This document shows positions 1-9,950 of a stretch of DNA of 64,000 bases, piece by piece (within the stretch, counting starts at the first letter, position 1; every line of letters starts with the position of its first letter). This stretch comes from Promethearchaeota archaeon (lineage in GTDB: Archaea > Asgardarchaeota > Lokiarchaeia > Sigyniarchaeales > SOKP01), in the NCBI GenBank assembly GCA_019058295.1, contig JAHPZI010000026.1:11067-75066 (forward strand), in the 5' to 3' direction. A program made the translations under genes and the position numbers. The notes under the pieces are model-generated. The model did no database searches. It was not told the DNA's origin and saw nothing but the letters and a program-made list of their open reading frames with translations.

Positions 1-79
1 CAAATTTATCCTAAATTTAATTTACATGTATACATACATATTTATGGAAAGAATATTAACAAATGGTATTTAAATTAAA

Positions 80-1342
80 ATGAAAAAAGTTGAACTGTTA
101 GCCCCCGCAAAAAATTTCAAGACAATAAAAGCAGCTTTAAAATATGCGGATTCTATTTATTTTGGAGTTAAAAAGCTTAATATGAGAATGCGGTCAGAGA
201 ATATAGCTTTAGAAGATCTAAATAAAATAGTAGATTATTGTGAGAAAAATAATTTAAAAACAATATTAGCAACAAACGTTCTCGTATACGATAACGAATT
301 GGAATTACTTCGTGAAATATTAGAGAAAGCAAAAGATGCAGGAGTCAATGCGGTGATTGTTCATGATTTAGCAGCAATACAAATATCTAGAGAAATTAAT
401 TTACCATTTCATATATCCACACAATGTAATATATCTAATTCCTTATCTGCTGAATTTTACGAACAATTAGGAGCTGAACGTATTATTTTAGCTCGCGAAT
501 TATCACTAGAAAAGATTAAAGAAATTAAAAGAAATATGACTAAAGCAGAAATCGAAGTTTTCATTCATGGTGCAATGTGTACATCAATAAGTGGTAGATG
601 CTATTTTTCGCAAGATATTTGTGGTACAGAAGAAAAATCAGCAAATAGAGGTAGTTGTATTCAACCTTGCAGAAGAAGATGGTGGGTGAAGGGTGAATCC
701 GGAGAAGAATACATTTATGATGGAGTTCGATTCTTGAATTCAAGAGATTTATGTACTATAGCTTACATACCGCAATTAATCGAGGCTAACATTGATGCGT
801 TTAAGATCGAAGGGCGAATGAGACACCCTCATTATGTTGAAATTGTGAGTAAAACATATCGAGAGGCTATTGAAGCTTATTATAGTGGAACATTTACGGA
901 AAAAAAAGTGGGTAGATGGATTACAGATTTAAAAAAAGTTTATAATAGAGGATTTACACCTGGATTTTATTTCAAAAGGATGACTGAAGATGACCATCAA
1001 CATAAATCACCTGCAAATTTATCTCACTTTAGATATATCAAAGTTGGATGGGTTGAAAAATATAATCAAAAAACCCAAACCGCAATTATTTTCTTAAATA
1101 ATGGATATTTAACTAAAAACGATGATTTAATTATAATGGGTAAAAAGACTGACACTTATATTCATCAAAGAGCTAAATCAATAAAATACAAAGGAAAAAA
1201 TGTCATCAAAACACCTCGAGGAAAACTAAATAATATTATTAAAGTTGAATTAAAACTCGATGATAATGCCGTTGGTAATGGGGAAGATCGGATTTATATA
1301 TTTACAGATAAAACATACGGAAAAAAAAAATATTCTTTATAA
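80..1342 (+). CDS. Peptidase U32 family Fe-S protein (TrhP/RlhA-like RNA hydroxylation family)
   Basis: ELLAPA N-terminus, HISTQ, RIILARELS, EVFIHGAMCxSxSGRC, NRGxCxQPCR, FKIEGR motifs. Confidence 0.9.
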   Translation: MKKVELLAPAKNFKTIKAALKYADSIYFGVKKLNMRMRSENIALEDLNKIVDYCEKNNLKTILATNVLVYDNELELLREILEKAKDAGVNAVIVHDLAAIQISREINLPFHISTQCNISNSLSAEFYEQLGAERIILARELSLEKIKEIKRNMTKAEIEVFIHGAMCTSISGRCYFSQDICGTEEKSANRGSCIQPCRRRWWVKGESGEEYIYDGVRFLNSRDLCTIAYIPQLIEANIDAFKIEGRMRHPHYVEIVSKTYREAIEAYYSGTFTEKKVGRWITDLKKVYNRGFTPGFYFKRMTEDDHQHKSPANLSHFRYIKVGWVEKYNQKTQTAIIFLNNGYLTKNDDLIIMGKKTDTYIHQRAKSIKYKGKNVIKTPRGKLNNIIKVELKLDDNAVGNGEDRIYIFTDKTYGKKKYSL

Positions 1343-1435
1343 GCACTGGAAAACAAAACGATGGAGATACTTAATGATATTTTCGTCAAAATTATTATTT
1401 AACGATTTTCAATAGTTTTATCCATTGTAAAGGTT

Positions 1436-2983
1436 TCAATACAGACCTATATCCTCTTCACTGACAAATTGAGGTGTTTCTTTCTTATATACAATCTTTT
1501 GATCTTGTATGAACTTATATGGTTCAAGAACTTCAGCTGACACATCTTTAACCGTTACAACCGCACCCTGCTTACGAAGTGTGTCCTGTACTAATTTTAC
1601 ATCTATCATCTTTGGATTGACATTATTCTTGATAGCTAGAGCTGCTGCCGTACCTGCTGCTTGACCGGTACAAATAGAAGGTGTGCAGTAGCGTATCCCT
1701 AAACCACTGAAAGCTCCCGCCGATATTGTTGTACCCGCCGCCATGAGGTTATCTATACCTTTAGACACTAAACAACGATATGGAACATCATGTGGCAAAA
1801 TTTCATAACTAAACCTGCCTACTGCTTCATAGAGGTCTGGAGGCATATTGCTTACAGCGACGGAATCATCAAAAGATCTTCCCTCACGCATGTCATTTAT
1901 GGATAGAATATGTTCACCAATAATTCTATGTCCGATGGCATTGAAAGGCATTGTAGATGTTTTCTCAATATATGATTTCTTAAAACCTGGCACATTCTCC
2001 TTTACAAGATTAAAGATAGACCAAGCTTGCTTCCTGAGATCTATTTCACATTTGGTTAATACTTTAGCCATCCATGCTTTTTTACGACTTGGGATTATAT
2101 AAAATGGATTCATCACGAATACTCTTCCACTTCTGTAAACATCCATGTTTGTGGCTAAAATAACGCTTCGTCCTTTGATATAGGCCCCACTTTTTTTTGC
2201 TTCTTTAATCATCTTTCTACCCCCATACATCTCACCCCATTCTTCCTCATTTTTTGCCCTAAATTCCCAAAATTTTTTAATGTCAGCTCCATTAATAAAA
2301 AAAGAATTTAAAAATGCTCCTGGGTGGCCTTTAATAACTCCTGCAGGAAAACCTTCATCACCCATGCAAGGTGCTCCAGATTTCCATGCTATATGACCTA
2401 AACCAGTGGTATCAATTATTATCTTCCCTAATATTGCCTTTCTCCCCTCGTTGGTTTCAACTATCACACCTTTAAGTGTGTTTCCTTCCCTTATAGCACC
2501 TACTGCGAATGTATGGTATAGAAGACTGACACGGGCTTCTTCCATCATAGTTTCGAGCAGATATTTATAATATTCAGGATCAAACGCCAATCCCCATGGT
2601 CCCCAATATCCAGTCTCTGTCTCCACCAGTCTTTTTGGGAGTTTTTCTGCACCAATAGTTTCCATAAAGTTATCCTTCATTTTACTTCGTTCCTTTGGTG
2701 ATAGATCCTTCAAATTTGTCAACGCCCCCCCTTTTTCAAGGCGCTTTAAAATTTCCTGTATGATGCCACTATGCAATTCAGGATCGACAAAACTAAACAT
2801 AGGATTAACACCTTGCGTTTGAAGCCCTCCTAAATGATTGAATTTTTCTATTAATATTGTTTTAGCACCATTTCGCCCTGATGCCAATGCTGCACCAATA
2901 CCAGCTGGTCCTCCACCAACAACAATTACATCCACATCCTCTAAGACATCAATTTCCTTTTGAGGTTCAATAATCTTTTTCAT
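1436..2983 (-). CDS. FAD-dependent oxidoreductase (FAD_oxidored/GidA-like family)
   Basis: DVIVVGGGPAG Rossmann motif, IDTTG, VPYRCLV..NLMAAG, GQAAGTAAA; ATG at 2983 preceded by GGAAGTG RBS-like motif (ORF track start 2992). Confidence 0.85.
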   Translation of the reverse strand: MKKIIEPQKEIDVLEDVDVIVVGGGPAGIGAALASGRNGAKTILIEKFNHLGGLQTQGVNPMFSFVDPELHSGIIQEILKRLEKGGALTNLKDLSPKERSKMKDNFMETIGAEKLPKRLVETETGYWGPWGLAFDPEYYKYLLETMMEEARVSLLYHTFAVGAIREGNTLKGVIVETNEGRKAILGKIIIDTTGLGHIAWKSGAPCMGDEGFPAGVIKGHPGAFLNSFFINGADIKKFWEFRAKNEEEWGEMYGGRKMIKEAKKSGAYIKGRSVILATNMDVYRSGRVFVMNPFYIIPSRKKAWMAKVLTKCEIDLRKQAWSIFNLVKENVPGFKKSYIEKTSTMPFNAIGHRIIGEHILSINDMREGRSFDDSVAVSNMPPDLYEAVGRFSYEILPHDVPYRCLVSKGIDNLMAAGTTISAGAFSGLGIRYCTPSICTGQAAGTAAALAIKNNVNPKMIDVKLVQDTLRKQGAVVTVKDVSAEVLEPYKFIQDQKIVYKKETPQFVSEEDIGLY

Positions 2984-3045
2984 TTTAACCACTTCCTATT
3001 CAATATTTTACTATTAATTTTTATATAATCTTAATATTGTTTTTT

Positions 3046-3075
3046 AATATTTAAGTCTACAATGTAGATTTATTT
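3046..3075 (-). promoter_or_regulatory. Putative TetR operator plus TATA element upstream of the FAD oxidoreductase
   Basis: Minus strand AAATAAATCTACATTGTAGACTTAAATATT: palindrome TCTACA-N-TGTAGA next to TTAAATA; 28/30 identical to 3916-3945. Confidence 0.7.
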
Positions 3076-3168
3076 ATAAATTATGTTAATAATATCTAAA
3101 ATAAGTTATATTGAGGAATAAATACTTTTTAAATTTATTAAATAAACTTAAAAATTTTTTTAGATTAA

Positions 3169-3885
3169 TTGATATCGATGGTTATCAAAAAAACAATTTC
3201 TAATGATAGAAAAAAAAGAAGACATAGATCACCCGAGAAGAAAACTCAACAATTTGATAAGATTTTGGAAGTTGGGAAGCAATTGTTTCTAGAACAAGGA
3301 CAAGAAGGTTTTACAATGCGTAGATTAGCAAAAAGATTAGAAATGGATCCTAATAATCTTTATAATTATGTAGAAAGTAAACGAGAACTATGGATTGCGA
3401 TAAGGAAGAAGTTTTATGAACAATATCGGAATGAAAACCGAGAAATCATTAAGCATTTTAATGGTTCAGTTATAAATTTGTTATTATTAATTTTTGAACA
3501 CTTTTTTGAATTTGCAGAAAAAGATTATGCTGCTTTTCGCATGATGCACATTATTCTATCCCCTCCATCAGAAAAAATCGGCCCATTTGAAAAAGAATAT
3601 AAACAATTTAGATTTTTAGATAGAACTACGCAGATAATTCAAAAAGCTATTGATGAAGGAGAAATTAAAGAAGATAATGCTGGTTTACTCTCATTCTTTT
3701 TATTTAGTCTATTATTAGGAGCAACTATGGTGGAAAAGGTCATGCGAGATAAAGAACATATCAATGATAAAATAGGAGAGGAAGTAGACGAACTAATGCA
3801 ATTTGAAAATCAAAATTTCACAAGCAAGGAATTTCGGAAATATTTATTGAGGAAAATCGAAAAAGCATTAAGAAATCCCAATTAA
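3169..3885 (+). CDS. TetR/AcrR family transcriptional regulator
   Basis: N-terminal HTH: ILEVGKQLFLEQGQEGFTMRRLAKRLEMDPNNLYNYVESKREL; true start may be ATG 3178. Confidence 0.9.
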   Translation: MISMVIKKTISNDRKKRRHRSPEKKTQQFDKILEVGKQLFLEQGQEGFTMRRLAKRLEMDPNNLYNYVESKRELWIAIRKKFYEQYRNENREIIKHFNGSVINLLLLIFEHFFEFAEKDYAAFRMMHIILSPPSEKIGPFEKEYKQFRFLDRTTQIIQKAIDEGEIKEDNAGLLSFFLFSLLLGATMVEKVMRDKEHINDKIGEEVDELMQFENQNFTSKEFRKYLLRKIEKALRNPN

Positions 3886-3915
3886 ATGTTAAACATAATT
3901 TTTAATCTAATTTAA

Positions 3916-3945
3916 AAATAAATTTACATAGTAGACTTAAATATT
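3916..3945 (+). promoter_or_regulatory. Putative TetR operator plus TATA element upstream of the glycyl radical enzyme
   Basis: AAATAAATTTACATAGTAGACTTAAATATT, near-identical to the reverse complement of 3046-3075. Confidence 0.7.
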
Positions 3946-3964
3946 ATAAAAATATATTTAAATT

Positions 3965-6412
3965 ATGGTTGTTCAAAATCTCAAAATGGAACCACTTCTA
4001 GGTACACCTTCAGAAAGGGTTCTAAAAATTAGAGATAAAATGCTTCTTAGTCCCTTTGAATTGGATCTTGAACGAGCACGATGTTATACCAGAATTTGGA
4101 AACTTATGGAAAATTCCCCTCCTTGTATGAGAAAAGCTAAAGCATTAGAAGAATTCCTGCAAAAACTTCCCATTAGGATTGATAATGATGAGATTCTTGT
4201 AGGAGTAAAATCTAGTAAATTAAGAGCCGATCCTTTCGAAATAGAGCGCGGAGGTAATGTTACTACTTGGGATTTAATTTTAGACGATTCTCTGGATGAA
4301 AAAACTAAAAAAATGGCTGGTCTTTTGGGCGGAACCGTTAATCGTTGTGCTCCTTTAACAGAGCAAGAGATTAACGAGTTAAAAAATCAAATTATTCCCT
4401 TCTGGAAAGGAAAAACATTAAAAGACAAGAAAATAGAACTTTTAAAGGAAGCAGGCTTATACAAAGAATATTCTGGGCCTGGGGCTCGGATTTTCAATTC
4501 ATTCTTGCCAACTATTCCCGATGGTTACACATTGCTTTATGACGTTCAAGGACATATTGTTCCAGGTTTTAAACGAGTTCTTGAATTTGGTTTTGAAGGA
4601 ATAGAAAGAAGAGCAGAAAAGGAACTAAGGAACCTTAATGAAAAAGATGAAGATTATGATCATCGCAAAGATTTTCTAGAATCTGTTCAGGTTGTAGCAA
4701 AAGCCGTTTGCGATTATTCCAATCGTTATTCAGACTTAGCAATGGAAATAGCTGAAAAAGCTGATGAAAAAAGAAAAGCAGAACTTTTAGATATAGCTGA
4801 ACGATCAAGGCAAGTGCCAGCTTACCCTCCCAGAAACTTTATGGAGGCCCTACAGTCAATATGGATGACTAATGTAGTTATGGAAATGAGTTATGGAGAA
4901 TTAAATGTTTTTTCTCAAGGACGCGTGGATCAATATCTTTATCCTTATTATAAGGCTGATTTAGCAGAAGGACGCATTACATCTGAAAATGCTTTAGAAG
5001 CGATTGAAGAATATTTAGTCAAACTCGCTTCAGTTGTTATAGCAGGACAAAACAATATAACTATTGGTGGACTAGATCGAGATGGAGAGGACGCCACAAA
5101 TGAAGTGACATATCTCTTTCTCGAGGCTACTGCGAATGTAAAAAGTTTATTAAACACATTGTCAATAAGGATTTCTTCAAAAACTCCGTTTGATTTTTTG
5201 AAAAGAGTATGTGAGACCCATCGATATACTGGAGGGATGGGTATTCATAATGATGATAAGATAGTAAACCTACTTCAAAAAGCTGGTTATTCACTAGAAG
5301 ATGCCCGTGACTATTCAATAGTTGGTTGTGTGGAACCTACAGGCACTGGTAATGATTTCTCTTGTACAGGAGGTATTGGTATTTGGATGGCGGTTGTTTT
5401 TTCAATGGCACTAAATGAAGGACGTGTTCATTTATTAGGAAATCGCCAAGTCGGTGCAAAAACTCCCGATCCTAGTACTTTTTGTAATTTTGAAGATGTG
5501 AAGAAAGCTTTTGTTGACCAACTCTCTTTTGCAATAGAAAGAGTTGTGAAAATGGCCGATTTAAGGGATCAAGCATTTGCAAAGGATTTTCCTTCCCCTT
5601 TACTTTCATCTACAATAGAAGGATGTTTAGAGAGTGGAAAAGATATAACTCGAAATGGGGCTCGCTACAACAATAGCTGTATGAATGCACAAGCACTAGG
5701 AACTGTGGCTAATTCACTCGCAGCAATTCGCTGGGCAGTGTTCGAAAAAAAATTATTGACAATGGGTGAATTGGTTAAACATCTACGTAATAATTTTAGG
5801 GGGGCGAGAGTTCTTAGAGAACAATTACTAAATAAAGCTCCTAAATATGGGAATGGTGATGAAAGGGTAGATGAGCTTGCGAAATGGGTTGCAGAAGTTT
5901 TTACTGAAATTGCAAGAAAATATAAAGGAAGGGGCAATGAAGGTGAGTATCGCCCAAGTTTGGTATCTGCTGCAGGATCACAAATTATTGAAGGTCGAAT
6001 TTTAGGAGCAACTCCAGATGGAAGAAAAGCAGGTCAACCAGTTTCCAATGGTCTTTCTCCTGTAAATGGTACAGAACTTAAAGGTCTTACTATGGCACTT
6101 AAATCCGCAGCTTTAGCAGGAGAATCACCATTAACTGATGGATTAGCTATGAATGTAAATATATCTCCCAGCTTAATAGATACAGATGAAGGTATATGTA
6201 ACTTGGCTTCTATGATCGAAGCTTATTTTGAGTTAGGTGGAAAGGAACTTCAGATTAATCCGTATGATGCCGATACACTGAGAGATGCTCAATCACATCC
6301 AGAAAAGTATAGTGATTTATCAGTTAAGGTTACAGGATATTCGGCTCGTTTCATAGATCTAAGCAAAAGTCTTCAGGACGACATCATTAAACGAACAGAA
6401 TTCAGCAAATAA
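3965..6412 (+). CDS. Glycyl radical enzyme (PFL2/eliminase-type), substrate unknown
   Basis: GRVDQYLYPYY, Cys loop IVGCVEP, GATPDGR, C-terminal glycyl loop VKVTGYSARF; 815 aa. Confidence 0.92.
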   Translation: MVVQNLKMEPLLGTPSERVLKIRDKMLLSPFELDLERARCYTRIWKLMENSPPCMRKAKALEEFLQKLPIRIDNDEILVGVKSSKLRADPFEIERGGNVTTWDLILDDSLDEKTKKMAGLLGGTVNRCAPLTEQEINELKNQIIPFWKGKTLKDKKIELLKEAGLYKEYSGPGARIFNSFLPTIPDGYTLLYDVQGHIVPGFKRVLEFGFEGIERRAEKELRNLNEKDEDYDHRKDFLESVQVVAKAVCDYSNRYSDLAMEIAEKADEKRKAELLDIAERSRQVPAYPPRNFMEALQSIWMTNVVMEMSYGELNVFSQGRVDQYLYPYYKADLAEGRITSENALEAIEEYLVKLASVVIAGQNNITIGGLDRDGEDATNEVTYLFLEATANVKSLLNTLSIRISSKTPFDFLKRVCETHRYTGGMGIHNDDKIVNLLQKAGYSLEDARDYSIVGCVEPTGTGNDFSCTGGIGIWMAVVFSMALNEGRVHLLGNRQVGAKTPDPSTFCNFEDVKKAFVDQLSFAIERVVKMADLRDQAFAKDFPSPLLSSTIEGCLESGKDITRNGARYNNSCMNAQALGTVANSLAAIRWAVFEKKLLTMGELVKHLRNNFRGARVLREQLLNKAPKYGNGDERVDELAKWVAEVFTEIARKYKGRGNEGEYRPSLVSAAGSQIIEGRILGATPDGRKAGQPVSNGLSPVNGTELKGLTMALKSAALAGESPLTDGLAMNVNISPSLIDTDEGICNLASMIEAYFELGGKELQINPYDADTLRDAQSHPEKYSDLSVKVTGYSARFIDLSKSLQDDIIKRTEFSK

Positions 6413-6507
6413 TAACATTCTTTTTAAAATATATCTTTTTTAAATCCATTTTTTTGATTTCTTTTTCCCTACTATCTGTTCAGGATTTACTTTCTTCTTC
6501 CAATATT

Positions 6508-8265
6508 TTACCTAAAAATTTTTACTCCACGTTTCTCTAATTTCTCTAATGAGTCTGGGAATGTAATGATATTATTTTTTTCTAAATTAAGATATTTAAG
6601 TGATGAGAGTGACTCTATCGACTCTGGCAAGGTTGTCAAGGTGTTAGCTCTTAAAAATAAATATTTGAGAGACGAGAGAGAACCAATAGTCTTCGGAAGT
6701 TCCGTTAAATTATTATTGCCTAAATATAAATATTTTAAAGAGTGGAGTGAACCTATTGAGTCTGGGATTTTTTCTAATTTATTATAATAACAGTACAAAT
6801 ATTTTAGTGAATTAAGGGTCCCAATTGAATTAGGAATCTTAATTAAATGATTCTTTCCTAAATCTAATATTTCAAGTGTAAAGAGAGAACCTATTGAATC
6901 GGGTATAGTTTCTAATTTATTAAATCCTAAGATTAAAGTTTTTAATTTATGAAGAGATCCTATGGATGCTGTTAGAGTGGTTAATTTATTACTTGATAAA
7001 TCTATTTCTTTTAAAGAAGATATCTGTCCTATTGATTCTGGGAGCATTCTAATGTTGTTTTTACTCAAATCTAAGATTTCTAATGAAGATAGAGATCCTA
7101 TCGATTTAGGTAACTCCTTTAACAAATTATCATATAAATCAAGTTCTTTGAGTGAAGTAAGCAACCCAATTGATTCAGGAAGCGTTTCCAGACGATTAAG
7201 ACCAATTTTTAATTCTTCAAGTGAAACAATTTTTCCTATTGATTCTGGAAGATTATTTAGATAATTTCTCTGCAAATTTAATCGTCTTAGGGATCTTAAT
7301 CCTCCTATTGTATCTGGAAGTGATTCTATTTTATTATTATGGATGTCTAATCTCATTAATGATTTTAAATTGCCTATAGATTCAGGTAATTCAGTTAAAT
7401 AATTAGATGATAAACTTATATTCTCTATAGATGAAAGTGAACCTATAGTCTTTGGAATAGATTTTAGCATATTTTCCATCAAACCTAAATATTTAAGGTT
7501 GCTAAGAGCTCCTATTGATTCTGGTAAAGTTTCTATATTATTTCCTTTTAAAAACAAAGCCGTTAAAGAGGTTAATGAACCTATCGATTTAAAAATAGAT
7601 TTTAAATTATTATTTCTTATATTGAGTCTTTTTAGTGATTTTAATGAACCAATAGATTCAGGTAAAGTTGATAATTCATTATTTCCCAAATACAATATTT
7701 CTAATGAAAAAAGAGAATTGATGGATGTTTTAAAAATTTCAAGTTTATTTCCACTTAAATCTAGTGTTTTTAAATTTGATAAATTGTTTAAAGATGAGGG
7801 TATATCCTTTAAATAATTCTCGCTTAAATCCAAGAATTCTAAAGAAGAGAGAGATCCTAAAGATTCTGGTAAAGATACTAAATTATTCGATTCTAGGTGT
7901 AATTCCTTTAAGGAGGAAAGATTACCTATTGATTCAGGCAATTCTGATAAGTGATTCTCACTAAAATCTAAAATTTCAAGAGAATCGAATGAAAAAATTT
8001 CATCAGGAACATTCTCTAAATAATTTCCTCTTAAATATAACTCTTTAAGAAAACTCAAAGAATTTATTGATTTTGGAATAGAGGTTAATCCACAAGAAAA
8101 GAGTCCTAATCCAGAGATATGACCTTCATGAACAAAAAAACCAATGTTATAATATTGAAGTTCAGTGAGTTCAGGTAAAGATGTTCCAATTATTTTTTCT
8201 AAAACTCCAATTACTTCTTTTTCTTCCACTGGAATTAAATCTTCAGAAGTTCTTTCTTCTGGCAT
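6508..8265 (-). CDS. Leucine-rich repeat protein
   Basis: More than 20 tandem 23-aa repeats, consensus LPESIGSLSSLxxLxLxxNxLxx. Confidence 0.95.
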   Translation of the reverse strand: MPEERTSEDLIPVEEKEVIGVLEKIIGTSLPELTELQYYNIGFFVHEGHISGLGLFSCGLTSIPKSINSLSFLKELYLRGNYLENVPDEIFSFDSLEILDFSENHLSELPESIGNLSSLKELHLESNNLVSLPESLGSLSSLEFLDLSENYLKDIPSSLNNLSNLKTLDLSGNKLEIFKTSINSLFSLEILYLGNNELSTLPESIGSLKSLKRLNIRNNNLKSIFKSIGSLTSLTALFLKGNNIETLPESIGALSNLKYLGLMENMLKSIPKTIGSLSSIENISLSSNYLTELPESIGNLKSLMRLDIHNNKIESLPDTIGGLRSLRRLNLQRNYLNNLPESIGKIVSLEELKIGLNRLETLPESIGLLTSLKELDLYDNLLKELPKSIGSLSSLEILDLSKNNIRMLPESIGQISSLKEIDLSSNKLTTLTASIGSLHKLKTLILGFNKLETIPDSIGSLFTLEILDLGKNHLIKIPNSIGTLNSLKYLYCYYNKLEKIPDSIGSLHSLKYLYLGNNNLTELPKTIGSLSSLKYLFLRANTLTTLPESIESLSSLKYLNLEKNNIITFPDSLEKLEKRGVKIFR

Positions 8266-8427
8266 TATTACTTTCTATAAAAAATTTTTTATATATTTTT
8301 CTTTTAAAAAAAGATATTCATTTCTTATATATGTAATATAATACTAAAATTATTTCATAAATTAGATTGCTAATATTTTAACTTTAATTATGAAATAGAA
8401 GAAAATATATTCAAAAAAAAAATTCAA

Positions 8428-9180
8428 TCAAAAATAAAGATCCATTGATTGAGCATATCTATAAGACATTTGTATATTTTTATTTCCTTCGTCAGAGATA
8501 TTCATATGGCCAGGTAATAAATATTTCACGTCTAAATTATTCGCTATAAATTTAATTGAGTTTTGGAGATCTTTTAAAGAACTTCCTGGGAAGTCGAACC
8601 TGCCTATACTACCACCTGTAAATACTAAATCCCCAGGAATTAATACTTTTTTGGAGGGTTCGTAGTAAGAGATCGAACCTAAAGAATGTCCTGGTGTATA
8701 ATGAATTTGAAAACTGAACTCAGAATTAATACTAATTTCTTTTAGATTGGTTAAATCTGTGATTTTAAGGGGTATTATCTTAGCTCCAAACATTTTAGGA
8801 GTTATTCCAAGAGCCCCAGGACAAATTTTTGATTCATCCCCTTCAGATAAGATTTTAACAGTTTCTCCATACGCAAAAATTTCAGGAGGATTATCTTTCA
8901 TGGCTTCTAAAATTTTGTACAAACCTATTACATGATCTATATGTTCGTGAGTTAGGAACACTTTAGTTATATTATTATAATCTAGATTTTGTTTTTCCAT
9001 ACCGAGAAATAGACCATTTACCGAGAGTGAATTTCCAGCATCAAATAAAACGATTTCTTGAGTATCGCTGTCGATTATACAATACTGATTACAATCTAAC
9101 ATTTGATTTTCTGAGAAATAATACAAATTTTTTAGGACTTCTTTACCTCTTTTTTCAGAACTACTGCTTTTAAAAAACAT
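8428..9180 (-). CDS. MBL-fold metallo-hydrolase
   Basis: THEHIDH, TPGHS, GD, PGH metal-binding motifs. Confidence 0.9.
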   Translation of the reverse strand: MFFKSSSSEKRGKEVLKNLYYFSENQMLDCNQYCIIDSDTQEIVLFDAGNSLSVNGLFLGMEKQNLDYNNITKVFLTHEHIDHVIGLYKILEAMKDNPPEIFAYGETVKILSEGDESKICPGALGITPKMFGAKIIPLKITDLTNLKEISINSEFSFQIHYTPGHSLGSISYYEPSKKVLIPGDLVFTGGSIGRFDFPGSSLKDLQNSIKFIANNLDVKYLLPGHMNISDEGNKNIQMSYRYAQSMDLYF

Positions 9181-9258
9181 ATTATTGAAAAAAGTTAGCT
9201 TAACTTTAATGTTTTTTCTTTATAAAGGTTAATAAATTCTGCAAAATAATTATATATT

Positions 9259-9654
9259 ATGTCTAAAGAGCCCAATATTGATGATTTAAAATCTAAAATA
9301 GGATTTGGAATAAAGATATGGTTAGAATTTGGTTCTATTGATAAAAAAAAGAATATTTTGGGTTCTGGATGGGCAAAACTTTTAGAAAATTTAGATAAAA
9401 ACATGAGTGGATCATTGACTCAAGCTGCTGAAGAATGTGGATATTCGTATAAATATGCTTGGAATATTTTAAAGCGCATTGAAAAACGTACTGGAATGTC
9501 AGTTGTTAATACTGGGAAAGGTGGACGAGGTGGTGGGGGTTATGTCGAATTAAATGAATGGGGGAAATATCTTTTAAAAACTTATAATAATTTACTATTT
9601 GAACTTGAAATAATAGAAAAAAGACTTGGAGAAACTTTTAAAATTAATGAATAA
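9259..9654 (+). CDS. ModE-like winged-helix regulator (DNA-binding domain only)
   Basis: GSLTQAAEECGYSYKYAWNILKRIE...GGRGGGGYVELNEWG. Confidence 0.85.
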   Translation: MSKEPNIDDLKSKIGFGIKIWLEFGSIDKKKNILGSGWAKLLENLDKNMSGSLTQAAEECGYSYKYAWNILKRIEKRTGMSVVNTGKGGRGGGGYVELNEWGKYLLKTYNNLLFELEIIEKRLGETFKINE

Positions 9655-9950
9655 ATACTTTTTAATATATAATAGCATTTCCGCACAATAATAAATCTAA
9701 TTTGAAACAATCATGGGGGATAGTCTTAAACAATTTGGTGAAACTTATTGGATTTGTCTTTTAAAAGGATATTTTAACAAAACTGCTAGAACTTTTAAAC
9801 CAATAATTTATTAATTAATAAGATTAAATGAATTTAATTTGGGTTGAAAATGTTATAAGAAAAATTAAGAATAATTTTAATAATTAAGGGATTATAAGAT
9901 CTAATAATAATAATTATAAATATAAAAAAAATTGAGGCTATAACCGTAGA

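Noticed and set aside
6566-7964. Several plus-strand ORFs inside the LRR gene
   Set aside because: Antisense shadows of the repeated LRR codons
9259-9654. ModE-controlled molybdate/tungstate locus
   Set aside because: No transporter genes or recognisable ModE box nearby
9700-9815. Short ORFs (20-33 aa) between the ModE-like gene and the actin-related gene
   Set aside because: No RBS, motif or convincing composition
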